The translations under genes and the position numbers were made by a program. A stretch of 64,000 nucleotides of DNA from NCBI GenBank assembly GCA_964035545.1, contig OZ037773.1:1827751-1891750 (forward strand), in the 5' to 3' direction. This DNA is from Bugula neritina. Lineage: Eukaryota; Animalia; Bryozoa. The notes under the pieces are model-generated. The model searched no databases, was not told where the DNA came from, and saw nothing but the letters and a program-made list of their open reading frames with translations. Shown piece by piece: positions 22,401 to 37,300 of this stretch; the stretch's first letter is position 1, and each line of letters opens with the position of its first letter.

Positions 22401-25374
22401 GAGGGAGCGCTGTATATCATAGTATACAAATTAATTAGATATATCGATATGTTGATTGTGGTGTTGCGTAGTTACATGGAGATATACAATGAGAAAGTCA
22501 GAGATCTTTTACGACCTTCAATACCAAAGAGAGGTCAAGGAAATGAACGATTTACTCTGAAAGTGAGAGAGCACCCTAAAGATGGGCCATATGTTCAGGG
22601 TTAGTACTACCAGATGGCTATCTTATTATTATTAGCAGTAGTAGTATTACCACATTACTGTTATGTTTAGTACTAGTAGTAGTAGTAGTACTACCGCATG
22701 ACTGTGTTATGTTTTGTGTTAGTATTTTTAATAGTTTTAGTAACACTGATAGTCGTACAGTTACACTGCGATCTGTTGTGTTTGCAGATTTATCCCGGCA
22801 CATAGTGAAAGACAACGAGTCAGTGCAGGCACTGCTAGACAAAGGCAATGAGAAGAGGTATTTATTACACTTATAGGTTTTATATTCTACTAAATCATCT
22901 CAGATTCATTCTTATAAGAAAAGGTTAAACAATTGTGGCTGTATTCTCTGTTGTCTCCAGCTCTATCATTTTTTTAAATTTTCCACTTTTTTGGCCAATT
23001 TCTAGGAAATATTAAATTACTTTTCTCAGCTTAGTACTAGAGTTACTATGAGTATTACGATCTATTTTGGGGTTGTCCCACCTTTTGTACTCATTTGTAT
23101 AACTGAACATTATGAATATTAGGATTTGGTTAGGAGTTATCATACTTCTTTGTACTCTTATTAGAATAACTGCGGCCACTCACTACCATGACCACAGCAG
23201 CAGAAGTCATGCCATATTTACTATAAACTTTACTCAGGCTAAGTTAGACAAGGATCTGCCGTGTGAAACTGTCAGCAAGATCCACCTCGTAGACCTTGCT
23301 GGGAGGTAAGTTACAGTAGATGTAGGTTAGTTACAGTAGATGTAGGTAAGTTGCCGTATATGTGAGAAGGTTACAGTAGATGTGAGAACTGAGAAAGTTA
23401 CAGTAAATGTAAGTAAGTTACAGTAGATGTAGGTAAGTTACAGTAGATGTAGGTAAGTTACAGTAGATGTAGGTAAGTTACCTTAGTAAGTAAGCTGAGG
23501 TAAAGGTAGATATGTTGGGTTCTGCCACATGAAGCAGGCTTTTGCATGTGAGAGCTTATATTGTAAAATCTGCTGCTAGAGCTACTTGCGACACACCGTA
23601 AGTTGCCAGAGGAACGAAACAGGAGTGACCAATTGTATTTGGTCACAGATTTACTGCTCCATATTATAAATTGTATAATTTTAAAATCTCACTCACTATA
23701 AGTTTCATAATGCAAAATTGATTTAAATAAAAGGGTGAAACTGAACTATGAAAAATGGACTTTCCAAATAGTACTCAGTCTATTATTTTGCAGAAAATTT
23801 TTGTTAGCATGTTGACGGCATGGAATCTGTGCAGAGCAGTCATGTTCTCTTTGTACAGAAATTTGCTTCGCGAGCCGTGGGCCCTTTTTAGGTATGTAAG
23901 TTGAAGGCAAGTGGGTCAGTTAGAGCGGAGGTAGGCAAATTGTAGGAAATGTAGGTAAGTTAAAAGTAGATAAGCTACAGTCAAGTAAGTCATACTTGTT
24001 ATTTCAGTGAAAGAGCTAATCTAACAGACTATGACAGAGAAAGACTGAAAGAAGGAGCTAACATAAACAAGTCCCTCGTAACCCTTGGCAACGTCATCAA
24101 ATCTCTGGGTAAACCTTGGCTATATATTATGTAACCATATTCTAGTATATTATGTAATCATATTCTAGAATATTATGTAATCATATTCTAGGATATTATG
24201 TAATCATATTCTGGTATATTATATAACCATATTCTGGTATATTAGGTAATCATATTCTGGTATAATATGTAATCATATTCTAGTATATATTATATAATCA
24301 TATTCTAGTATATTATACAATAATATTCTAGTATATTATATAATCATATTCTAGTATATTATATAATCATATTCTAGTATATTATATAATCATATTATAT
24401 CATATTATGTAACCATATTCTGATATCATATAATCATTTCTGTGTTTTGTGATAGAACTGATACATCTTCGATCATGTCAAGACAGAATGGGTAAATGAC
24501 CGATATTTCCTTGTTGTATAGTGTAGACCTATGATCCTGTTGTATATCTGTTAACTTCCTATTCTATGTGTGCATTTCCTCTGTCCACCAAGTATACTCC
24601 CACACTAACTGCTCCTCGTTGTTGGGACTTAGGCTAGTTTCAACTGTTCATCTGTCTATTCGCTTATATGTTTACTATCACTTATAAGCCCACAATCAAT
24701 CAACAGACATGTTATTAACTCACTTCCTGTTAACTGGCGTAAGAGTTGATAACTTGTGATTTTGTAGCCAGTCATTCAGCAAACTTTGCAACTAGCCGTG
24801 ACAATCTAACAGGCTCTCTGATTGGCTCCTCTCAAGGCCTTCTGTCCAGTAGTGAACTGCTTAACAGAAGCTCTAGTCCTGTCTTCAGGAAGAAATCTTC
24901 AGCCAATCTGTTTGTACCGTACAGAGACAGCGTGCTGACGTGGCTACTCAAGGATAGTCTGGGAGGCAACTCCAAAACTATTATGATAGCCAGTGAGTTG
25001 TGTCAATGTAATATATTATATCCTCTAGTATGTATTATATTATATTATATGCTATTAAAGACTATATTGCATATATTGGCATATAGTATGTAATATATTA
25101 TAATATCTTGTATATATTATGTTATCTTATGTTGTCTAATATATAATGTATAACATTATATAGTTTGCATTATATTATGCTACATTGCATATATATTTTC
25201 ATGTAGTATGTAATATATTATAATATCTTGTATGTATGACAGCATATATTCTGTATCATATTACAATATGTTGTAGATATATCACCATCTAGTCTGTATT
25301 ATGCTGAAACGTTGAATACGTTACGATATGCACAGCGAACCAAAAGTATTATCAACAAACCCACAGTCAATGAG
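16408..25374 (+). CDS. STARD9: Kinesin motor domain exons (1-11) of the STARD9-like gene
   Basis: [16 protein letters not shown]; P-loop [22 protein letters not shown]; [14 protein letters not shown]; [14 protein letters not shown]; SSRSHAIF; switch II LVDLAGSER; [16 protein letters not shown]; [26 protein letters not shown]; [19 protein letters not shown]. Confidence 0.96.
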
Positions 25375-28300
25375 GTGATTTTTGTCTATATAATATTATC
25401 AACACATTTAGAGTATGTAAGCTCATGTCTATATAATATTACTGTCAAAAACATTGTTAGCGGACTGCTTTATTCTCTTCTTTGAAATCTCCTGTTGCCT
25501 CACCTTCTACAATACTCACAATCAACCTGATCTCTTCGTTGTTACAGGACGCACATGTCAAGTTGATACGAGATCTCAGAGGAGAGATAAACAGACTAAG
25601 AGAGCTGCTAGTATCCTCTCATCTGGTCAGTCTATTTTGGAGTTGTCTTCTTACATACTGCTACTGACTGATTACAGCTTCAATGTTCTTTGACTTGGTA
25701 GAAAGCTGTGGCACATTTGATGAAATGTCATGTTGTTTATTGCTAGTTTACTATATCTATCACTTGCTGACACTTGCTGATGCAATCACAAGTACTTGCT
25801 GCCACTTGTCACCTCCACTATTGTCAACCGACTATACTAGTATTCTGCATTACTTCAGGCTCAGTCACCCTCTCTCACCGACATTGACAGTAGCCTAGTA
25901 GAGAAGTTGGAAGAAAACGAGGCTGTAGCCAAATCTATGCTCTCCAACTGGTTAGATAAGTGGCAGGAAGCTCACGATATCATGAAGGTGAAGGTCATAT
26001 TTTGTCCTATGCACACAGTAGCTGTAACTAAAATGTCGGTTTTTGTTGTCTTTAGTGATTACAAATTGGAGTCATACTCCCTGCACAGTCTTTGTTTTGG
26101 TTGTTTGATTCATTTGACTTGCTACATTAAATTATTATGTTTTCTTAAGTTTTCATAGTATGAAATTCAATGTAATAGGTTATATCAGTGTAATATATGT
26201 TGTATAAGATATTATGTTATACATTTTACAACATATATGGTATATATTATATTATATATACGTTGTCAGATGCTATAATAAATATTGTATTACGTACACA
26301 GATGCAATGTTACATTGTATAGTATATTATATATTTTTGTATATAGTATATATTTGTAGTATTATATATGGTGTATAGTAAATATTATATACATATATAT
26401 TATATATATTGCCATATGCAATGCTACAATGTATAGTATATATTATATTATTGTATATATCTCAGGAATCAGATATCATGATCAGACGTGGGAGAAAGAC
26501 AAGCTCCATGGGAGTTATAATAGACTCTCAGTTGCCTCATTTGGTTGGAATGGATGATGATATACTGAGTACCGGAGTCATAATATATCATATCAGAGTA
26601 TGTATTACAGTAATATATCATATCAGAGTATGTATTACAGTTTTATATCATATCAGAGTATGTATTACAGTAATATATCATATCAAAGTATGTATTACAG
26701 TAATATATCATATCAGAGTATGTATTACAGTAATATATCATATCAGAGTATGTATTACAGTAATATATCATATCAGAGTATGTATTACAGTAATATATCA
26801 TATCAGAGTATGTATTACAGTAATATATCATATCAGTGTATGTATTACAGTAATATATCATATCAGAGTATGTATTACAGTAATATATCATATCAGAGTA
26901 TGTATTACAGTAATATATCATATCAGAGTATGTATTACAGTAATATATCATATCAGAGTATGTATTACAGTAATATATCATATCAGAGTATGTATTACAG
27001 TGATATATCATATCAAAGTATGTATTACAGTAATATATATCAGAGTATGTATTACAGTAATATATCATATCAGAGTATGTATTACAGTAACATATCATAT
27101 CAGAGTATGTATTACAGTAATATATATCAGAGTATGTATTACAGTAATACATCATATCAGAGTATGTATTACAGTAATATATCATATCAGAGTATGTATT
27201 ACAGTAATATATCATATCAGAGTATGTATTACAGTAATATATCATATCAGAGTATGTATTACAGTGATATATCATATCAGAATATGTATTACAGTAATAT
27301 ATCATATCAGAATATGTATTACAGTAATATATCATATCAGAATATGTATTACAGTAATATATCATATCAGAATATGTATTACAGTAATATATTATATCAG
27401 AGTATGTATTACAGTAATATATCATATCAGAGTATATATTACAGTAATATATCATATCATGTGTTACTGTAATATATCATCTTGGAGTATGTAACACATC
27501 ACGATATGAAGCTGCAATATATTATATGTAGGTGGGGACAACTACTATTGGAACTGAAAGTTCTGACCGGAGATGTGACATTGTACTGCATGGTCCTGGA
27601 ATAAAGACTGAGCACTGTGTTATCAAGTACACAGATGGGAACGTCTACCTGCTGCCCCACTTTCAAGCTGGTTGCTCAGTGAATGGTGCTGATATAACGG
27701 AAGCTACTAAATTAACTCAGGGTAGGGTGTTGTAGACCTTCCTGCTTTCGTATGACTTTACGTTTTACTTAACAATATTACTAACAATAATCCAGTGCTA
27801 TAATATATTATATATGCTGTATTACTGTAATATATTACAGGTGACGTTATGTTACTGTAATGTGTTACACGCTGCAATGTATTACTATAACATATGACAT
27901 GCGATGTTATATTACTGTAGTATATGACATTCAATGCTATATTAATGTAATATATTACAGGAGATGTTATATTACTGGGCAAGACTAACATGTTTAGATT
28001 CAACAATCCAACAGAAGCTGCGAGACTGAGAAAGAAAAGAAAGGTGAGATATGATATTTTGATGTTTGTATATCATAATCACCTACATGTATCTGTTCAC
28101 AGTATATATTCACAGTATATATTCACAGTATATATTCACAGTAGATATTCACAGTATATATTCACAGTATATATTCACAGTATATACTCACAGTATATAT
28201 TCACAGTATATATTCACAGTATATATTCACAGTATATTATACGCTGTACTTCCAGTAAATTCTCTCACTAATAATAATGTTTGCAGCTAAGACTAAACTG

Positions 28301-31300
28301 TAGTGTGCCTGATGTAAGCCTCTGTGTAGTTTATCTGCATCTTCTTGTCTCTTTATCTGCCTTGCCATCTGCTCCTCTGCCTTGCCATCTGCTCATCTGC
28401 CTTGTCATCTGTCTTGTCATATGCATGTTATGTTGACTATGGTGTTTCAATGAGCTATATGCACTTCACGTTGTATCAGGCAGGTGATTGTTTACTGTTA
28501 ATACTTTGTCAGTTATTGTTGTCAGCATTTAGCACTGATTCCTTTATAAACTTGATAAACATGTGATTGCTTTCACTATTCCAGTCATACAACTTAAGTA
28601 ACTAACCATTTCTGCTGTAATAATGAGTTATGTTTTGTAGCTGAACCACATGAACAAGGTATATCTCTGTTTGTAGTGACACCAACCCAATGTGTCCTTC
28701 AGTTCCAATCCTGTTGTCACATTGTTACATTTAAGAGTTGTTTCCCCTACAAAATTATTTTCCAACTAATTCATTTTTCCATTTTCTAACTACTGATTAA
28801 ACTAAGTTTATTCTCACTATCATTTTTATCCTTAACTGGAGATCTTACTATGTGGTTGTGTCAAGAGTGCTTATACGCTGCCCGCCACTTATTTGTCCAA
28901 TCAGAAAATTGCTGACTTATTGTGCAAACTTTTTCTTCTTTAGTCTCTTAATGACATTGGAGTTGATCGTAAAACAAGCAGCAACCTTGAAATGTTATTC
29001 CGAGCCTCAGTTTCACATGCTAATAGCATGGGCTCTCTTGTGACAAGTAGGATGGATTGTGACACGCCCTCACCATCCCACAAGATGGCGGACCATGAAG
29101 TGTAAGTATCAAAGCATCCCAAATGTGTATTATTAGTGTTCCATGAAATGTCTAATTTAAGAAGTGCTTCTAAAATTATAGAAGTCTCAAAATTGTTGAC
29201 CTCATAATTTCTCATTAAACACTACATTATGAATGAATTGTTATTTGGAGTTGTTCCTTCCCAGTGTAATGTCATCTTTATAACAATTATAGATATCTAT
29301 TCCGGTCTTGCAGGTAAGCATCCTACTATTGTAAAGTTTCTTTGAATTTGTTGTTGTGATTGTGTTGCTATGGTAACAAAAATACGGCATGCAGATTTCA
29401 TTCCTCCTGTTTTTTGGCGTTTTACTCAGTCTATTTACTTCCGTCAGTATCAGAGTGGAGAGGAGAGAGCGATAGTTTGTTATTAACTGTAGCTGGAATT
29501 TCCATCTCCAGCCATTTCAGTAACCTATAAAACCGCCCCTCTCCTGATTCACTTTAATAATTTCCAGCACTCAGGTGTTGGGTATTTCCAATATTCCCAA
29601 CAGCTCACTTGTTCATCTCATATGTTACCAGCAAATGACATTCAACTGTATTAAACTTTAAAGTTTTAAGTCAGCTCAGTGATTAAGCTGTGTGTTGCAG
29701 CAGCTAAAAGAATGGCATGCAATCAAAGTCAGCAATAGTTTCTATTAGTGCTACAGTACCATGGACTACAAAGTCATCAGCATGAGCACAGAATTGTTTG
29801 AGCATACAACTCCCAGTCTGTAGATGGTAGCTAAGATATATAGCAGGGGTGGGCAACTTCTTTTGCATGAGGGCCAAGTTCAGAAGTCGGCCAAAATGAA
29901 GGGTTGCATGATTGTGCACATAATAAATTTTATCATAATAAAGTAATTTGTCACCAAACAAACCAGATTGCTTATAACAATTTTTACTTATCTTAAGCAT
30001 TAAAAAGGCCACTGAAAAAATTGGCAAAGGGCCACAAGTGGCCCTGGGGCCCTTCAGTTGCCCACCCCTCATATATATAAACTCACAAAGGTTTATAGTC
30101 ACCATCCCTGTGAGAAAACCCGTGATGGAAGGGGTTTTTATTAAAGTGGGCTAAAGACTTATTCAGATAAGGCACAGGAGCAAGTATGACTGGATGCACT
30201 TCCTAACATCACCAATGGCCTTTACTGGGGTTCAAACCCATGACTTCGTGTTTACTAGGCAAACGCTCTAACCTCTAGACCACAGCTGCTCCCTGATATA
30301 TATATATGAATAACTTAATACGGCATGCCTGAACTGTGCACTTCTCCAATCCCCAGTTTAAGTTGATTTCTGCATCTTGTGGTTTCCACAGAGTATGATT
30401 TAGATTTATACAGGATAACATAATACTTGCTTGTATCACATATGGGTGTCTTGATTTTCAGTATAATATAAGTGTGGCATACACAGTAAAGAGTGTAGAC
30501 TATATAGTATAGATTGTAGAACACACAGTATAGATTATAGACTACACTATATAGACTGTAGAATACACAGTATAAAGTAGGCTATAGACTATATAGTATA
30601 AATAACAGAATGCACAGTATAAGGTGTGGAATACACACACAGTATAGAAAATAGAGAATAGAATGCACAGTAGAGTGTAAAATAATCTAAAGAACAGAAT
30701 GCACAGTATAGAATACACAGTATAGAGTATAGAATACACAGTATAGATTATACAGTATAGAGTATAGAATACACAGTATAGAATATAGAGTACAGAGTAT
30801 AGAATACATAGTATAGAGTATAGAATACACAGTATAGAGTATAGAATACATAGTATAGAGTATAGAATACACAGTATAGAGGATACAGTGTATATTGATT
30901 CAACTGTTATGCTTGTAGTCAAGACCTGGATGCATTCTATCACTCAGAGGTGGAGAGAATTCAGAATGCAAAGTAAGTTGTCCTATAAATAATATATTAT
31001 ATATCTGTATATATTCTTATATCATACATCTCAACATATTATATATATGTATATATTCTTATATCATACATCTCTATATACTCGTATTATATATCTGTAT
31101 ATATTCTTATATCATACATCTCAACATATTATATATCTGTATGTATTATTATATCATACATCTCAACATATTATATATCTGTATATATTCTTATATCATA
31201 CATCTCAACATATTATATATCTGTATATATTCTTATATCATACAACTCAACATATTATATATCTGTATATATTCTTATATCATACATCTCAACATATTAT

Positions 31301-34300
31301 ATATCTGTATATATTCTTATATCATACATCTCAACATATTATATATATGTATATATTCTTATATCATACATCTCAACATATTCTATATCTGTATATATTC
31401 TTATATCATACATCTCAACATATTATATATATGTATATATTCTTATATCATACATCTCAACATATTATATATCTGTATATATATTATTATATCATACGTC
31501 TCAACATATTATATATCTGTATATATTCTTATATCATACATCTCAACATATTATATATATGTATATATTCTTATATCATACATCTCAACATATTCTATAT
31601 CTGTATATATTCTTATATCATACATCTCAACATAAGCAAATATTATCTGGTCATGCAGTACTCTGTATAATTATGATAAAATGACTACATGTAGTTAGGC
31701 TGTTACAAAACTCAGGGAGAGTAGTTCTACAGGCTAAACCTTGTGGAGAAGTTTGAGATTTTGATATTTCTATCAACCAGGGGGTGTTTGTAATCGATGT
31801 TACACATGTGCATTGTACACTTGTGCACACATTATGTAAGGAAGATACGATTATGCAGGCAATCATTATGTGTTTCAATAAGAAAGTAGAATGTTAAATT
31901 AATAGAATTATTGTCGTCACTTAAAATGAAGTTTTCTGTTATTACTTTGTGTTTTGGTTAGCTGATACTTCAAATGATTTACAAAGTACATTAAGAATAA
32001 GTTTTTGGTGCAATATAATATATTTTCCCTTTTGGAATATGTTTTGCATTCTCCTTGCAATATTTGGAATGGAAGTAGGCTTAGCAGTGGTGGATGAAAG
32101 GCATTTAGATGGGGGGATTCCTCATTGCACTCTTTTCGCTGCACGAGGCCACATGGTCTTGCAGTAAACATCAACACTCAAATCAGCATAAATCAGTTCT
32201 AACATTAATAAGCTACCTCTGATTAAGTTTTCTTTAAGATCTCTTGTCAATTAAATTGTTGTGTGATGCTAATTAAATGTAGGATTAAAAGTGTCACTTT
32301 GTAACATTACACTAGCCCAGCACATTCATTATTGTAAATACAAATGCTGTCTTTAGTCTATTCAACTCTTGCTCAGTCCACTGGCTCTGCTGCTGCTGCT
32401 GCTGCTGCCTCTTGTATAATCAACAGGTAACAAAGCCTTATCAAAACACCTTACCTATCTGGTATTGTGTCATTAGCAAACAGTATTGCTGTGTGTTAAC
32501 TCAGCGCTGCCTTGATAAAACTGCTGCTGGCTATTAATTGATATTTACTGTAAACACTAGCAGTATGTGTTTGCTCTGAGTTATTAATGTTGGTCGTCAT
32601 ATTTATCCTGCTGAGTTGGATCAAGTCAAAATCTGTAGTTGCATTCAATTGGTGGAGATCCTCTCTGGGCAGGAAGGTCCTATCATCTGCTGGGTGAGTA
32701 TTTCTGCGGAACTACATTGTTGTCATTGGTTACCACTTTCTTCTTTCTATATTCCTCAGGATTGCCTGGTTTTCAACTTTTAGTCCTTTTCCGCAGTTCA
32801 ACTCCCAAATAGTCTGATGTTCCAGCCCTTTTCTTATCAGCTACTGTCGTGAGGCTATCAACAAGGAATATTGCTTGTATTGATAGAACTATTAATAATT
32901 TAATATCTAGTCAGCTGTATGATACTCAGTGACACGAGTCTTATCATGCTAGTTTAGTTGTCAATATTGACTTTCATTGCTTTCTCTATTCAGTTACTTC
33001 TCAGCTTCTGCTTGATTTGCATTAGTTGACTACAATTTATTTACCATTTCTACTCCCCTTTGGTAAGCTGAGAAATCAGTCGGTATATAACACTCATAGA
33101 CTCATTCTACCATGGCGCACTCTCCCCCTCCCCTACCACAGCAGCTATGAAACATGGAATCTAGCCAAGGACTGTACACTATCCTCACAGTATCTCTGGA
33201 TGGTGTACTCTCTACTGTACAGCATATATCCAGCTTTGTTGTGTTCAGGTTTGCTGTTTCAACTTTCTCTGTTTGTATTATAAACTTTTGGTATTGAGTA
33301 GATGAATGGGTCTTTTGTCCTTTCTTTGCTAAGAACTACTCATTAGTTTAATGACTTGAGACTTGGATCTTGTATGCTAGTTATGTAATGTGGCAGCAAC
33401 AGCAGCAGCACCTTATTGCCAGTTTTTATCCAACGAAGAAAGGGGTGGAGAGGTGGAGGGAAAGGCTATATAACTCACTCCATTGTGTGGTGGCTGTGCA
33501 TTTCAACAAGCCTTTAGTCAAGCAGTTAATGCCGGTCTCTTTCCTCTCTCTCCATTTCTATCTATCCATCCATCCATCCATCCATTTATCCATCCATCTA
33601 TCCATCTATTCATATCTCTGTCTCTATCTCCAATACCTAGGCACATATTATTACTGTGCTGTAGTCATTCAATAGCAATGATGTGTAATAATTGAGTTGG
33701 TGAATTTTTCAACTTTCAGTGAAATGGACCCCCTATCTCGTATGTTTCAAACAGCCAGGTAACTCTGTTCCCTCTTTCCCTCTAAAACACTGTACCCTAT
33801 GTATCGGCATGGTATAGTGTTGATGTATATACTACAGTGCAATACTGTGTATTTATCAACATGGCTAATACATATAGTACTATGTATTACTGTGTAATAT
33901 GTATTAACATTATACAGTGTTGATACATATAGTACAGTGTACTACAGTGTATATATGCATGTATTAACCTGATATAATACTCATAGAGTACTGATAATCT
34001 AATAATGTAGAGTTTGTAGTTTCAACTAAAGAGAAAGCAATTCCTTGTCTGTCTATGCGTTGCTTGTATTGTAGTAAGTTTATCACATAGTCCAACATTT
34101 GAGTGTTTGCACATAAATTGTAGTGAGTGCTACATATAAGGTACAAAGTACAGGCTGTTGTAAATACGGTATAAGCTACACTAAGGCGTAAAATAAACAC
34201 TGTAGCTACTGACACTACAATGCTTGCTGTAGAACTAGAAAATACCTAATGGATTATTTTAGCCTGTTATTTCATTAAATGTGAGAGTTATCTTATCATT

Positions 34301-37300
34301 AGTATTTCCATCCCTTTTATCTATACATATGTACATCATTTTAACCGTTTGATATTTGGGAGTTGTTTGATCAATGTGAAGCCTGTTTCCCATAATTCAT
34401 GTGAAGTGTTGAATACTGTGGGACTTAACCAACCATGCACAATATTTTCATGTCTCTGAAAAGTGTGGTTGTGTAGCCAATCACCCTGTTTTTCAATGAT
34501 AAAAGCCGTTTGAGTGGCTTAGCAGCCATAACTTCTATGCATGGACAGTTGATGATAGTAATATATGCATATAGTAGAACACTAGCTTGTAGCATATCAG
34601 TTTTCATATATAGTTTCAGATAGGAGTGTGACCAGAGGTCATTGTATTAGCACTACTAGTACTAACATTTCTGTTTCAGTCACATTTGCAGTTTTATCCA
34701 TGTGAAATGTGGTTTTGTGACATACATGATTGGCTAACTAGTGTATTTCTGTGACATGATTGACCGTTTAGTGTATTTCTGTGATGTGACTGGCTAATAT
34801 TTTTGTGACATGATTGGCTAATGAGTATATTTCAGTGACGTGATTGGCTGCTGTCTGTTAACAGGGAGGAGTTGGAGCGGCTGCAGGAAGAGCATGCTGC
34901 CGCGGAGGAGGAAAGAGCTCGGAAAGAAGAACAGCTCATGCTGACTCATGAAAGGAAAGTTCTGGAAATGGAGCGATTGGAGCGCCATCTGCAGGTAGTT
35001 TTTGTGTTGGGAGAGGCAACTCCAGTTAGTCACATTTTGGAGAGAAATAATTATTGTCACTTCTATAATTAAACTAAATCATTGGTGTTTATTCTTTCTA
35101 TAAGAGAAGTCAACTCTTTCTAACATCATTGGTCATCTCATAGTGTGACTAAGGATATCTCATTATACTGTTAGTAGTCAATGTCAAAGTTAACTTAATA
35201 TTCCACAAGGCATTCTGTGTCTACTGTTTAGTTTTATCTAATTTATGATATGCTGTCAGTATCTATTTTATTCTAATATCTAATTCTTTTCCAACTGTCC
35301 TTAGCTCCTAATATTTTAAAACCCTGTAACGTCATCAATACCAGAGCTTTCATAAACCATGTAGTCCAGATTTGAAAGAATAAAAATATATTTCTAGAGC
35401 TTATCTCAAGTCTTGATGATAATAACATTATTAAATAACATATCAACACCAACGCATGACTCATTAATGTGTGACTCATCTAAATATTTTCAGTTAATGA
35501 TCACAGAGAATGATGCAATGAGAGTTCGGGCTGAAGAGGAGATACAGCAGGCAAGGCAGCAGCTGGAAAAAGAGCGGCAGCAACGTGAGTATTATTTGTA
35601 ACTTCTCAACTGCGTTGAGTATATGAGGTGTTTGCTAATGTAACAGTTGTATGTTGAATCCTTCTATAAGCAGCTCTGATTTGGGGGTGACTGAGTGCAA
35701 TAGTTTAGATTCTTGAGTTTTGGAGTTGGGGGGGTCCATGTTTGAACTTGTCATTTCAAACTATGGCACTCAGTCACCTCCAACTCGGAGCTGCTTATAG
35801 GATAATTCTTAAATATTGGTGTCATCCATTTAGACCAAGAGCAGTTAGCCTGTGATCTAGCAGAACTGTCAGCTTTACGGGAAGCACAGCTGACTCGCCC
35901 TACTGACTCTGCCGATGGCCCTGGAAACGTGACTACGCAGACGGATGACTCACTGCAGGAATGTTCTGGAACTCAAACCGGAGCTGTGGAAGTGCTGAGT
36001 GAGTGTTTCTACTTCACTTACTAAGAGCTTGTGTATCTTCTCGTAGCTATAATCTGTGTAGCATGTTACTAGTATGTGTCTTCACTCATAGATCTGTACT
36101 CAGTGTATTGCGAGTGATACGCAGCATATTACTAGTATATTTTTCCACTCATAGCTATACTCTGTGTATTGCGAGTTTGTGGTGACTTATTAGTCTGAAT
36201 GGAGGCGCTACAAGTAACTGTTTACATTTATGTATTCTGGGAAATGCTTTGTTATAGTGTCTGAAGCTACTAGCTATACACTATGACAACTGCTGGTTGT
36301 GTATTCTGAGCTTTTCTTATATTGTGAAGAAACATAATTTCCACATATATTATTTGCCGACGATACGAACCTCTTCCTTGAATCAAAAAATCTATTAAAC
36401 AATATGGACATCATAAACTGTGAATTAAAGAAAATTGAAAATTGGTGCAATAAAAATAAATTAACTGTAAATATGAGTAAAACAAACTATATGATAATCA
36501 AAACAGCGCAAAATAAACAAGATTTAAATGGCTTTGCATTAGAAATGTTTAACAAAAAATTAGTGGAAGTAAAATCAACTACCTTCTTAGGTATTATAAT
36601 AGATTCACATCTTTCTTGGCAACAACATTGCAGCAAACTTTGTCAAAACCTAAGGCCCTTAGTAGGCTTGATAAGTAAATGTTCCAATCACCTACCTAGA
36701 AAAATTCTAATACAAATATATAACTCTTTTGTAAATTCTAAATTAACATATTGCCTAGAATCGTGGGGTAATGCAGCAAACATTTATCTTGAACCACTAC
36801 ATTTACTGCAAAAGAAAATACTGAGAATTATATATAAAAAGCATCACCTTTCCCCATCTAAACCACTGTTTCTTAGTTCTTCAATCATGCCTATTCACAC
36901 TCTACACAAATTCAAACTAATACTGCTCTCACATATAAACTTTACTATTCTCAACTAACACATCTCACACATAACTATCCCACAAGATTTTCAGAGTTCA
37001 GCCTACAAACTCCTCCATCATCAACTGCTGCAGGTCAACGAAGAGTGGAATTCCAATGTTCGACGCTATGGAATAAATTGCCTAGTTCTATTCGTGCTGT
37101 GGGGAGGGAGGCTGGTTTCAAACTTGCCCTGAGAGACCATCTAATGGCAAATTTCCAGATAAAAAAATAATACTTTTTAAGTTGCTAAAACTTCCAAAAA
37201 CCTAAACAAAAATCTTATATAACTGTCAACCATCGGCTCGGTGCCTCGACTAGCTACAGTGCTATTGCGCCATAGGCCCTGTCATTTTGTTTATTTTTTT

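Noticed and set aside
30200-30293. tRNA gene-like A/B boxes
   Set aside because: Part of a longer dispersed repeat present in four diverged copies with target-site duplications. It is a SINE head, and I could not build a complete cloverleaf.
32376-32700. Exon-like segments with donors at about 32426 and 32694
   Set aside because: One has an in-frame stop and the other a phase mismatch with the flanking kinesin exons. They could be non-coding exons, but this is unsupported.
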